Shown here: one piece after another, positions 43,419-52,286 of the stretch
How the letters are laid out: every line of letters starts with the position of its first letter
How positions within the stretch are numbered: the stretch's first letter is position 1
Assembly (NCBI GenBank): GCA_020425925.1
Contig: JAGQRB010000534.1
Span: forward strand, 64-64,063
From: Planctomycetota bacterium
Lineage (GTDB): Bacteria; Planctomycetota; UBA1135; UBA2386
Length of the DNA stretch: 64,000 bases
Direction: 5' to 3'
Translations under genes and position numbers: made by a program
Notes under the pieces: model-generated
The model's input: the letters and a program-made list of their open reading frames with translations, nothing else
What the model was told of the DNA's origin: nothing
The model's database searches: none

Positions 43419-46400
43419 CTACTGCAGGCGCACGACCGGCCCGGTCAGCGTCCGCAGGAACTCCTCGAGATCGCGCTTCTCCTGGCCGGTGAGATGCAGC
43501 GGGACGATCTCCGGGTCGATGCCGTCCCGCACGCCGATCGCGCCGCCGCGGTCGTAGGCCTCGATGACCTCCGGCAGGTCCCGCGCCTGGCCGCGATGGA
43601 AGTAGGGTGCGGTGTCGACCAGATTGCGCAGCGTCGGCGTCTTGAACCGGAACATGTCGCGGTAGCGGCCGGTGAAGGAGAAGCGGCCGAGGTCGCCGTT
43701 GGGGTCGGCGACCACCGACACGTGCATGCGTTCGTCGGTGTAGTTCGACCCCGAGTGGCAGCCGAAGCACCGCGCCTTGCCGAAGAACAGGTTGCGGCCG
43801 CGCTCCTGATCGGGGGTCAGGGTCGGCGAACCTGCCTCGAAGTGATCGGCCGGCGAGCCGCCGGTGACGACGCCGCGCATGTAGCTGGCCAGCGCGTTCT
43901 GCAGCAGCGGGATCGAAGGCGTCGCGGTCGGGCCGTAGACCTGCTGGAACACGCCGGCGTACGAGGTGCTCAGGTAGCTGGCGAGCGCCGTCGGGTTGTT
44001 GTCCATCTCCTCGGGGTTGAACAGCGGCAGCAGCGCCTGGTCCTCGAGGCTCGCGGCGCGACCGTCCAGCATCTGGACCCTCGAGAACAGCCGGTTCAAC
44101 ACGGTCGGCGCGTTGCGCAGCGGGATGCCGGTTCGGAACCCCGGACGCTCGGCGATGCCATCGGTGAACGAGAGCGTCGCCTGGTGGCAGTCGGCGCAGC
44201 TGAGCGTGCCGCTGCCGGACAGACCGGGGTCGTGGAACAGGCGCTCACCGAGGTCGATCGCGGCCACGGTCGGCACGTTGGCGAGCGGCACGTGGCTCTC
44301 GGCGACGTCGAGGCCGAGCGGCAGCGTCGCGAATCCGCCGGACCCGACCGGCAGCGTGGTGTGCGACGTTCCCGGCAGCGCGAACGCGGCGCGCTGGATC
44401 TCGTCGGCCGAACGCGCGGTGATCGAGAGGCGGACCTGATCGAAGAACAGCCGCGCGTACGACAGCGGCGTGCCGACGGTCCGGTTGTCCGGGCCGACGA
44501 CGAACGGTGTCCCCGGCGACGCCAAGACCGCGGCGGGTGGCAGCCCGGTGACGCGGTGCACGTCCCGGCCGTTCGAGTAGACGATGAACTCACCGGCGAT
44601 GCCGTCGTACGTGAACGCGACGTGGTTCCACGCCGCGCCGGCGTAGCCGACCCACCCGGAAGCGAGCGTGCCGGCGACCGTGTGCAGCGTGACACGGACA
44701 CCGACGCCTGGGTTCACATCCACCTCGAACGCCCCGGCCTTGTACATCGCCGAGAACGGCCCGCTCGCCCCCTCGTCCTTGACCCAGCACTCCGCCGACA
44801 GCGCCGACCGGGCCGCGTCGAGGTCGGGGTGGGTCGCCGTCACGGCGCCATCCGGGTCTTCGATGTAGATGGCCTGACCAGAGTCGGCCACTCCGCTGTC
44901 ACTGGCCGTCGCACCGAAAGCGTCCTCCGGGAAATACGCGCGGCCCTGCAGCGCGCCGGTGATGCAGTGGCCCGACGAGTCGCCGGTCCGCCGGGTATCG
45001 AGCTGCCACTTCGTCGCAACCAATGCCCCCAACTGCTGCACCTGCTCGAGGACCTCGTTCATGTCCCACGCCAGCAGGTACTCGCCGTCGACACACTCGT
45101 GGGTCGAGATCTCGCCGTACTGGCGAAAGTGCAGCGAGAGCAACGGAATCACCTCGCCGACTCGGGTGTACGGGAGCGCCAGGTCCGGCGCGTCGTCGCC
45201 CCAGCGCCAGAAGCCCGGCACCCGTCCCGTCCCGGTCGTGATGATGCGCTTGGTGAGGAACCGATCCGGATTGAGCGGGCCATCGATGTAGCGCACGCCA
45301 TAACCCGTCGACTGGCCGACGATGGCCATGCCATAGTGCCGCGCCTCACCCGGCGCGGTCATGGTCGAGATCACGACGTCCGTGGCATCGAGGGTCATCC
45401 ACGGGTAGGCGCCGACGATCGGCCCGACCAGCGACGTGCCGTCGATCATGGTCATCGGGGCACGCGCGATCGGGTAGAGGTCCGCGAAAGGCACTCCGTC
45501 GACGAGCGTCGCCTGCTCGTTGCTGAACATGTCGGCCAGCGGCTCGGGTCTACTCCAGCGGGTCGCCATGCCGGGCGTCGGGTTGAAGCTGTACATCACA
45601 TAGTTGCCTTCGGTGCGGGCCGAGTTCCAGCGTCTCGTCTGGTTGTCCGTGTGCCCCTGGAAGAGCAGCAGTCTGCCGTCGCGCGAGATGCTCGGCTCGA
45701 TGCCGAGCACCGGCTGATCGCCGAGGAAACCGCCCGTCCACTCGAGAACCTCGAAGTCAGGCGACAGCGCCGCCAGCACCGGTTCCGCTTGGGCGGTGCG
45801 CGGGTTCTTCACGGTGATGCAGAGTCGGCGCATGCCGATCGGGTAGACGCGCTTCGTGTCGCCCGGGACAAAGGTCGGTCGGTGCCAGTCGTTCGCCGGG
45901 CTCGGATCGAGTTCGCCGTAGTAGCGAATCGGCGACTCCGGCCGCGGCCCCCAGATGTCGGCGCCGAAGACCAGCATCCGATAGGTGTCGTGATCGCCGC
46001 TCGCCGTGCCGGGCTGACCAGGATTGCCATTCGCATCGGAGGGGAAAGGGCACGGCAGATGCGACCAGTCGGGGTCAGGGCACATCGAGACCCACTGCTT
46101 GAAGAACTGCTGATCTGCCGGGCCGCTGCCGGAGGTCGGCGGAATGACGTCCTGCTCGACCCAGAGGTGCTTCGACCAGGCGCCGTCCGCGAGCGGTGTC
46201 GGCGCGAACTCCGCGGCGCCGTCGGCCGTCGTCCGGACCCTCTCCGGGAGCAGGCACGTGACGAGCCAGCCCGAGCCGTTGTAGCTCGTGGCCGGAGTGG
46301 GGTAGTGGTATCGCGCCGCCAAGAGCACGCGCCCATCGGGGGTCATCGTGCCGCCGCCGAAGCCCACCATCTCGGTCTGGGTCTTGAGCGGCTCGTTCGG

Positions 46401-46511
46401 CATCTTCCCCAGCGACACGCGAGTCGGCGCGGCGTAGGGCGTGCCCTGGGCAGCAGCGGCTCCGGCCAGCAGGCCGAAGCAGAGGAGAGCGAGCAAGGTC
46501 GGGCGCATCAT
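43419..46511 (-). CDS. Secreted 1030-aa protein: unassigned N-terminal ~600 aa + LamG-like domain + C-terminal di-haem cytochrome c peroxidase (CCP/MauG family)
   Basis: ATG 46511 gives MMRPTLLALLCFGLLAGAAAAQ. LamG-like WNHVAFTYDGIAGEFIVYSNG. CCP motifs LSCADCHQ, ARCFGCHSG, TPTLRNLVDTAPYFHRGQ. The stop lies 15 nt upstream of the binding-protein start. Confidence 0.8.
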   Translation of the reverse strand: MMRPTLLALLCFGLLAGAAAAQGTPYAAPTRVSLGKMPNEPLKTQTEMVGFGGGTMTPDGRVLLAARYHYPTPATSYNGSGWLVTCLLPERVRTTADGAAEFAPTPLADGAWSKHLWVEQDVIPPTSGSGPADQQFFKQWVSMCPDPDWSHLPCPFPSDANGNPGQPGTASGDHDTYRMLVFGADIWGPRPESPIRYYGELDPSPANDWHRPTFVPGDTKRVYPIGMRRLCITVKNPRTAQAEPVLAALSPDFEVLEWTGGFLGDQPVLGIEPSISRDGRLLLFQGHTDNQTRRWNSARTEGNYVMYSFNPTPGMATRWSRPEPLADMFSNEQATLVDGVPFADLYPIARAPMTMIDGTSLVGPIVGAYPWMTLDATDVVISTMTAPGEARHYGMAIVGQSTGYGVRYIDGPLNPDRFLTKRIITTGTGRVPGFWRWGDDAPDLALPYTRVGEVIPLLSLHFRQYGEISTHECVDGEYLLAWDMNEVLEQVQQLGALVATKWQLDTRRTGDSSGHCITGALQGRAYFPEDAFGATASDSGVADSGQAIYIEDPDGAVTATHPDLDAARSALSAECWVKDEGASGPFSAMYKAGAFEVDVNPGVGVRVTLHTVAGTLASGWVGYAGAAWNHVAFTYDGIAGEFIVYSNGRDVHRVTGLPPAAVLASPGTPFVVGPDNRTVGTPLSYARLFFDQVRLSITARSADEIQRAAFALPGTSHTTLPVGSGGFATLPLGLDVAESHVPLANVPTVAAIDLGERLFHDPGLSGSGTLSCADCHQATLSFTDGIAERPGFRTGIPLRNAPTVLNRLFSRVQMLDGRAASLEDQALLPLFNPEEMDNNPTALASYLSTSYAGVFQQVYGPTATPSIPLLQNALASYMRGVVTGGSPADHFEAGSPTLTPDQERGRNLFFGKARCFGCHSGSNYTDERMHVSVVADPNGDLGRFSFTGRYRDMFRFKTPTLRNLVDTAPYFHRGQARDLPEVIEAYDRGGAIGVRDGIDPEIVPLHLTGQEKRDLEEFLRTLTGPVVRLQ

Positions 46512-46665
46512 CGTTGGTACACGTGTTCGAAAGGGAAGGTGGAGCGGGCGTGAAGGCGGGAGGGGCCCGCAGTGCCTTCTCGTTCGCCGCGCCGGCGTCT
46601 CAGCAATTCGCGAGAATCGTGCGCGGACGGCGGACCCCGGCCCCGAGGCGCGGTATCCCTCTGCC

Positions 46666-47817
46666 ATGCGCTGGTTCGCCGGTCTCCTGTTCTGCTTCGC
46701 GGCGCTGAACGCGCAAACCCAGATCGCAACGAGCAAGAAGGGCCTGCAGGTGCAGATGGTCGACGACGCACTCGAGCTCGGCATCGCGCACGCCGCGATC
46801 AACGTGCAGCTCGGTCACCTGCTGCGGCCCTCCGGGCACGAGATCTCGCCCGCGGCACTGCACGCGCTCGACGCCCAGATCCGTCCGCTCGCCAAGGCCG
46901 GCGTGCGGCTCTACCTGATCCTGCTGGCGCGCGCGACCGGCGACGCCGCGATCGACGCGCTGCAGTTCGATCCGCGCTACGACCCGAGCGCGCCGAACGC
47001 GCTCGGCGCATTCCGCGTGCTCGACGACGACGGCCGCGCCCACCTCACCGCCGTGCTCGAGGTGCTCGCCGAGCGTTACGGCGAAGACAGCGAGATCGGC
47101 CGCGTCGACGGCTGGATCGTCGGCAACGAGGTCAACTCGCACTGGTGGTGGCACAACCTAGGCAAGGCCTCGGTCGACGAGGTCGCGCGCGTCTACGAAC
47201 CCGCCGTGCGGCTGGTGCACGAGGTCACCTCGCGCCACAACGAGAACGCGAAGGTCTACATCTCGCTCGAGCATCACTGGCAGATGCGCTTCGCCGCCGG
47301 CAGCGACGAGCAGGCCTGCGCCGGCCGCGCGCTGCTCGATCGCTTCGCGGCGCTCGCGCGTGAGCGCGGCGACTTCGCGTGGCACGTCGCGTTCCATCCG
47401 TATCCCGAGGACCTGTTCGACTGCCGCTTCTGGGAGGACGAGACCGCGCTGCCCGGTCCCGATTCGCCGCGCATCACCTTCAAGAACCTCGAGGTGCTCA
47501 CCGACTATCTCGCGCGCGACGAGCTGCTGTGGCAGGGCGCGCCGCGGCGCGTGATCCTCAGCGAGCAGGGCTTCCACTGCCGCGACGACGCGACCGGCGA
47601 AGCCGACCAGGTGCTCGCGTTCGAACGCGCGTGGCAGAAGGTGCAGTCGCTCGACGGCGTCGACGCGTTGATCTACCACCGTCACGTCGACCACGCGCGC
47701 GAAGGCGGCCTGCGCTTCGGGCTGTGGCAGAACGCGCCCGGTTCGATCGCCGATCCGGGGCGGAAGCGCACGCTCTGGTCGGTGTTTCGCGACATCGACC
47801 GGCCGACTCACCGGTAG
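46666..47817 (+). CDS. Secreted TIM-barrel glycoside-hydrolase-like protein (DUF5722-like)
   Basis: ATG 46666. Signal peptide MRWFAGLLFCFAALNAQ. IVGNEVNSHWWWHN (clan GH-A-type NE motif) and VILSEQGF (second Glu). The family name is from memory. Confidence 0.5.
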   Translation: MRWFAGLLFCFAALNAQTQIATSKKGLQVQMVDDALELGIAHAAINVQLGHLLRPSGHEISPAALHALDAQIRPLAKAGVRLYLILLARATGDAAIDALQFDPRYDPSAPNALGAFRVLDDDGRAHLTAVLEVLAERYGEDSEIGRVDGWIVGNEVNSHWWWHNLGKASVDEVARVYEPAVRLVHEVTSRHNENAKVYISLEHHWQMRFAAGSDEQACAGRALLDRFAALARERGDFAWHVAFHPYPEDLFDCRFWEDETALPGPDSPRITFKNLEVLTDYLARDELLWQGAPRRVILSEQGFHCRDDATGEADQVLAFERAWQKVQSLDGVDALIYHRHVDHAREGGLRFGLWQNAPGSIADPGRKRTLWSVFRDIDRPTHR

Positions 47818-48018
47818 GTTCGGCGGGCACCGACCCCGGCGCCTTGCCGGCTCAGCCTGATCGAGCAGATCTGGGACAGCTTGGAGGCTGCGGAGCTTCC
47901 GATCAGTAAGAAGCAGAAGGCGGAGATCGACCGGCGAATCGATGCGATGGATGGTGACTCCGAGCTTGGGATCCCCTGGGAAGAGGTGATGGACCGGATC
48001 CGAGGCCGTGCGCAGTGA
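47818..48018 (+). pseudogene. 5'-truncated antitoxin ('putative addiction module component' type) remnant
   Basis: Reads ...RLSLIEQIWDSLEAAELPISKKQKAEIDRRIDAMDGDSELGIPWEEVMDRIRGRAQ*. No ATG/GTG/TTG lies in frame between the upstream TAG (47815-47817) and this text. The segment is AT-richer than its flanks. Confidence 0.55.
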
Positions 48019-48105
48019 GTCTTCTTGTCCGCCCCGATGCGGCAGCGGACATCGAGGACGCCTACACATGGTACGAGAGTCAACGGTCCGGGCTCGGTGA
48101 CCGTT
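48015..48105 (+). pseudogene. 3'-truncated ParE/RelE-family toxin remnant
   Basis: GTG 48015 overlaps the antitoxin stop (GTGA). VSLLVRPDAAADIEDAYTWYESQRSGLGD matches the first ~30 aa of ParE/RelE toxins. Similarity then stops and the frame runs antisense into the RCC1 gene. Confidence 0.5.
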
Positions 48106-48137
48106 CTGGAGACCATCACGACACACCTCCAACTGAC

Positions 48138-50327
48138 TCAGCGGTGACCGACGACGCCCTCGGCCGCGTCGGAGACGACCGCACCGAGCGCGTTGCCGGC
48201 CTGCAGATCGAGCACGATCGCCTGGTTGTAGAAGTGCAGGCCGACGAGGCCGGGGTCGTTCGGGATCGGCAGGTGGTACTTCGCGACGCCGAGCTGCCCG
48301 CTGACGAACACCGCTGCGTCGAGGCGCACGTGCTGCTGACAGCCCGGCATGCCGAGCGGCGCGAGCGACACCGGCGGGATGCGGGCGAAGCCGAACAGCA
48401 CGAACGCCACGTCGTGTGGCAGGTCGAAGACGTTGACCTCGAGCCGATCCCCGATGCGCGGCGTGTCGAGCGGCACGAGGCGCGCGGCTTGCGCGCTACC
48501 GGCGCAGCCGTTTGCGAACGACACGTAGGTCGATTCGGGCCCGACGCGGGCGACGACGGACGTGTTGGCGGAGACCTCGACGTAGCTCAAGCCCGGATCC
48601 AGCGGCTGCGGCCGGAACTGGAACGGGAAGTTCGGTGACTCGAGCGCCTCGCACTGGCCGTCCGAACGCCGGGCGATCATGGCGTTGCCGTTCGAGCTGT
48701 TGTCGATCTCGACGTAGACGACGCCCGGAGGCGGCGCCGGGAACGAGACGTTGGGCCATGCGACCACCTGGCCGTCGGAGCGCCGCGCCATCTGGAAATG
48801 GCTGCCGGCCGCGACCTCGACGTATTCGACGCCCGGCGGCAGCTGTGGCACGTTGCCGACGCCAAAACTGGTATCGCCCGCCACGAGGAGCGCACCATCG
48901 GAGCGCAGCAGGAGCGTGTGGAGATAGGCGGCATCCACGGCCACGTAGGTGAGGTTGCCGGGCAGCGCTGGAACGATCGTCTGGCCGGCCGTGCTGCTGC
49001 CGCACGTCAGCACCTGGCCGTCCGAGCGCAAGAAGGCCGAGTGCGAGTTCGCCGCGCAGACATGCGTGTACGTCTTGCCCGGAGGCAAGGGCGGGATGCT
49101 CATCTGACCCCAGGTGTTGATACCCCAGGCGACGGCTTCGCCATCGGACCGCAGGGCGAGGTTGTGGATCCAACCCGCAGCGATCTCGGTGTAGGTGACG
49201 CCCGGCGGCAAGGGTGGCGGGGCACCGCCGATGCTGCTGTCCCAGTCGCCCCACATCCGGATCTCACCCGTGTCGGTGAGGCCCAGCGCGTGGTGCAGAC
49301 CGCGACTGGCCGACACCCAGCGTTCGCCGGGGCCGAGCGCGGGGATGCCGAACTCGAAGTACCGCGAATTGCCCCACGCCTGCATCGTCCCGTTCGAAAG
49401 CAAGACCACGGAGTGCAGACTCCCGGCCGCGAGACCGACAATGGTCAGGCCGGCAGGAAAGGCCGGCACGTTGCATTGGCCGAGCGAGTTATCGCCCCAG
49501 GCGATGACCGCACCGTCGGAGCGCAGCGCGAGGGCGTGTCGTGTTCCCGACGCGATGCTCTGGTAGGTGAGCCCACCCGGCAACGGCGGCACGTTGCATT
49601 GGCCGTCGGTGTTTCGACCGAAGGCGATGACCGCACCATCGGAGCGCAGCGCCAGCGAGAAGTTCCCCTCGGCAGCGATGCTCGTGTAGCTCATGTTCGC
49701 CGGGAGGGGCGGCACGTTGCATTCACCGTCGACGTTGCGACCCCAGGCGACCAGTGCGCCGTCGGAGCGAAGCGCGAGCGAGTGTGCTCCTCCGCTTTCG
49801 ACCGCTGTGTAGGTCACACCCGAAGGCAAGGCCGGCGCCGTCGCGAGACTCGGATACGAGGCGATCGCCGATCCCCAGACCTCGATCTGTCCATCCGACC
49901 GCACGCAGGCGTAGTGCAATGGCCCAGCCGAGACGGCGGCGAACACGACGCCGTTGGGGAGCGTCGGCGGCGGGAAGGCCATCGCGCCCGGCAGGCCGAT
50001 CCAGGTGACCGCGGTTCCGTTGGACAGGAGTCCAATGCCGACGATCGAGCTGATATCGAAGTCGACGTAGCGATCGCCAACTGGTGGAAGCGGCGGAAAG
50101 GCCTGGCCGGCGCCGCCGCTTCCCATGTTGAACAGTCGCCCATCTGCTCGCTGTACGAGTGTGCAGTAGAAGGAGGCGGCGATACCAGTGAGCGGGCCTT
50201 CGTGCATCGCCGTGTCGAACCCCTCCCCACCCCAACCTCGAATCGATGACTGGCCGGAAAGCGAAGGGGCGACGAACGCGCCCCAAAGCAACATCGACAG
50301 CCCTCGGCAACGAAAGCCAGCGCGCAT
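48138..50327 (-). CDS. Secreted RCC1-repeat beta-propeller protein with the C-terminal shared module
   Basis: About 13 repeats of ...H-x-LALRSDG-x-V-x-AWG-x-N-x-x-GQCNVPPLP.... ATG 50327 gives the signal-like MRAGFRCRGLSMLLWGAFVAPSLSG. Starts further upstream would overlap the divergent lipoprotein gene. Confidence 0.8.
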   Translation of the reverse strand: MRAGFRCRGLSMLLWGAFVAPSLSGQSSIRGWGGEGFDTAMHEGPLTGIAASFYCTLVQRADGRLFNMGSGGAGQAFPPLPPVGDRYVDFDISSIVGIGLLSNGTAVTWIGLPGAMAFPPPTLPNGVVFAAVSAGPLHYACVRSDGQIEVWGSAIASYPSLATAPALPSGVTYTAVESGGAHSLALRSDGALVAWGRNVDGECNVPPLPANMSYTSIAAEGNFSLALRSDGAVIAFGRNTDGQCNVPPLPGGLTYQSIASGTRHALALRSDGAVIAWGDNSLGQCNVPAFPAGLTIVGLAAGSLHSVVLLSNGTMQAWGNSRYFEFGIPALGPGERWVSASRGLHHALGLTDTGEIRMWGDWDSSIGGAPPPLPPGVTYTEIAAGWIHNLALRSDGEAVAWGINTWGQMSIPPLPPGKTYTHVCAANSHSAFLRSDGQVLTCGSSTAGQTIVPALPGNLTYVAVDAAYLHTLLLRSDGALLVAGDTSFGVGNVPQLPPGVEYVEVAAGSHFQMARRSDGQVVAWPNVSFPAPPPGVVYVEIDNSSNGNAMIARRSDGQCEALESPNFPFQFRPQPLDPGLSYVEVSANTSVVARVGPESTYVSFANGCAGSAQAARLVPLDTPRIGDRLEVNVFDLPHDVAFVLFGFARIPPVSLAPLGMPGCQQHVRLDAAVFVSGQLGVAKYHLPIPNDPGLVGLHFYNQAIVLDLQAGNALGAVVSDAAEGVVGHR
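48519..50237 (-). repeat. Tandem array of ~50-codon RCC1 blades (about 13 copies)
   Basis: Recurring RSDG/SNG/TDTG...W(G) and G(Q/E)C(N)VP units, read from the translation. Copies are diverged at the DNA level. Confidence 0.6.
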
Positions 50328-50382
50328 GTCGCGATGAGATCGCACGTCGGCGCCGAACTCAACCGCGCTACGCTTCCGCTGC

Positions 50383-50943
50383 ATGAGACCCCACCCGTCA
50401 CTCGCCGCGCTCGCGTTCCTGCTCACCGCCGTTGCCTGTTCGAAAGAAGGCTCCGCCGGCGGCGGCGCAGGTGACGGCGCCGGTACTCCTGCGAAGCCCC
50501 CCGCCACCGTCGAATCGGCGAAGGCGATGCTGTCGAAGTTCGTCGCGCCCGGCGCCGATCACGTCGCGCTGTCGAAGACGATGCAGCCGACCGCCGCGGA
50601 CTACGCACTCGTCTTCGCCGACCCGGTCATCGCCGAGAAGGCGGCGAACGCCTACGGCGACCTCTGGAACCAGATCGACAAGAGCCCGATCGCGCCGAAG
50701 GACGGCCAGACCGAGGTCCTGGTGTCGCGCGCGACGACCGACGAGCTGCAGCAGTGGACCGGCAACGCCGACGACTTTCCCGGCGGCTACAAGACCGCGG
50801 CCAAACACCTCCGCCCCGGCCTGACCGTCTTCCGCTTCAAGTTCGTCAAGCCCGGCGAGACCAGCGGCATGGCGTTCGACGGCCTCTACGACCTCGATGG
50901 GCGCTGGGTGTTGATCCCGAAGCCCTGGCGGATCGTCGAGTAG
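50383..50943 (+). CDS. Hypothetical lipoprotein
   Basis: ATG 50383. Lipobox LLTAVAC followed by SKEGS and a Gly/Ala-rich linker. No family recognised. Confidence 0.6.
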   Translation: MRPHPSLAALAFLLTAVACSKEGSAGGGAGDGAGTPAKPPATVESAKAMLSKFVAPGADHVALSKTMQPTAADYALVFADPVIAEKAANAYGDLWNQIDKSPIAPKDGQTEVLVSRATTDELQQWTGNADDFPGGYKTAAKHLRPGLTVFRFKFVKPGETSGMAFDGLYDLDGRWVLIPKPWRIVE

Positions 50944-50948
50944 CGGCC

Positions 50949-52286
50949 CTACCGCCCGCCCTCGCCCTCGGGCACCTCGAACGAAGCCGGCACCTCCTCG
51001 CTGCCCTGCTTCTGCTCCGACCACGGCGTGTTCAGCAGTGCCAGCGGCCCGTAGCGCCGCTTCTCGCCGGTGTGGTTGTCCTGCACCTCGAGCGACACGA
51101 AGTCGCCGCCGAGCTTGCTGCTGAGCAGCATCTGCAGGTGCGGACCGTTGAGCACCGCGGTGCCGTCGATCTTCAGGATGATGTCACCCTTGCGGATGCC
51201 CTCCTGCGCCGCGAGGCCGTCCTTCGGCGTGCCCGAGATCTTGGCGCCGGGTCCGAGCCAGGCGGTCTCGAGCTGCACGCCGAGCCAGCCGCGCTGCAGG
51301 ATCTCGCCGTTCTTCATGCGTTCGAGCAGCGGCCGGATGTCCGCGATCGTGGTCGCGAAGCCGATGCCCGAGTCGTACCACTCGACGCCGGCGTTGCGGC
51401 CCGATGGCGACAGCGGCACCGCGATGCCGAGCACGTCGCCCTGCGCATCGACGACCGCGCCGCCGTAGTTCGCCGGCGAGGTGTAGGCGTCGATCTGCAG
51501 CGCGCGGCCGAACAGCCGACGCCTGGCGCTGACGATGCCGATGTGCACCGTCGGCAGCTCGCTCGCGAACGTGCGCCCGAGCGCGAACGCCCACTGACCG
51601 ACCCGGGCTTCCGCGGGATCGACGAAGCGCGGCACCGGCAGCCCTTCGGCGTCGATCTTGACCAGCGCGATGCCGCGGCTGGTGTCCTCGCCGGCGCGCT
51701 GGGCGTGGAACGTGCCGCGCCCCGGCACATCGACCAGGATCGTCGTCGGGTCGAGGTTGAGCGCGAAGCGCGACACCAGGACCCAGCCGTCGGCGGTGAG
51801 GATCACGCCGGTCGTCTTGCCCTGGGTCTGCTGGAAGCCCGGCGCCGTGAGGATGAGCTTCTTCTTCTTCTTGTTCTCGTCGTCCTCGTCGGCGCCGTCG
51901 CCCTTCGGGGCGGGCGCGGGCGCGGGCGCCGCGTCGGGCGGAACGGGCTCGGGCCAGGCCTCCGGGGCTGGCGGCGGCGGCGGCGCCGGCAGCGACTCGG
52001 GCTGCGGCAGCGGCCGGGACTCGGGCGCGGCCTTCGGTTTCACGACCGGCTTCGGCCGCGGCTTCGGGGGGCCGTCGCCGTCCATCGGGCCGGCCTTGCC
52101 TGCGTCGCTGCGCGTGCCGCCGAACGTCTCGATCGTCACGACGAACGGGCTGGCGTGCTCGAGTGCGCGCTGCAGCACGGGCTCGAGGTGCACGAACTCG
52201 TCGGGATCGACACCGGCGAGCGCCTGCGCCGGCAGGGCACCGGTAGCGAGCACGGCGAGCAACGACGCCATCGACAGGAGCTTCAC
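50949..52286 (-). CDS. Trypsin-fold (S1C/HtrA-like) + PDZ protein with all catalytic-triad positions substituted (pseudoprotease) and a Pro-rich/poly-Lys spacer
   Basis: GTG 52286 overlaps the upstream stop (GTGA); alternative ATG 52271. LVSRFAL sits where LTNxHVV is expected, SRGIALVKI where SDLAVLRL is expected, and PANYGGAV where GNSGGP is expected. PDZ GLAAQEGIRKGDIILKIDG. Spacer at about 51881-52121. Confidence 0.7.
   Translation of the reverse strand: MKLLSMASLLAVLATGALPAQALAGVDPDEFVHLEPVLQRALEHASPFVVTIETFGGTRSDAGKAGPMDGDGPPKPRPKPVVKPKAAPESRPLPQPESLPAPPPPPAPEAWPEPVPPDAAPAPAPAPKGDGADEDDENKKKKKLILTAPGFQQTQGKTTGVILTADGWVLVSRFALNLDPTTILVDVPGRGTFHAQRAGEDTSRGIALVKIDAEGLPVPRFVDPAEARVGQWAFALGRTFASELPTVHIGIVSARRRLFGRALQIDAYTSPANYGGAVVDAQGDVLGIAVPLSPSGRNAGVEWYDSGIGFATTIADIRPLLERMKNGEILQRGWLGVQLETAWLGPGAKISGTPKDGLAAQEGIRKGDIILKIDGTAVLNGPHLQMLLSSKLGGDFVSLEVQDNHTGEKRRYGPLALLNTPWSEQKQGSEEVPASFEVPEGEGGR

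Noticed and set aside
46520-46572. G-rich tract (GGGAAGGTGGAGCGGGCGTGAAGGCGGGAGGGG) as a G-quadruplex in the divergent promoter region
   Set aside because: Two of the three loops would be 9-10 nt, which gives low predicted stability. G-runs are common at this GC content.
46512-46665. Cobalamin riboswitch upstream of the peroxidase-fusion/ABC importer operon
   Set aside because: Only a loose GGCACTG resemblance to the GCCACTG core was seen on the minus strand. The spacer is about 150 nt, shorter than typical, and the other conserved blocks are not evident. A covariance-model scan (Rfam RF00174) would settle it.
50328-50507. Longer RCC1 gene starts at 50507 or 50384
   Set aside because: Both would overlap the divergent lipoprotein gene start (50383) and add a non-signal-like N-terminus. 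ATG 50327 yields a plausible signal peptide. This is unverified.
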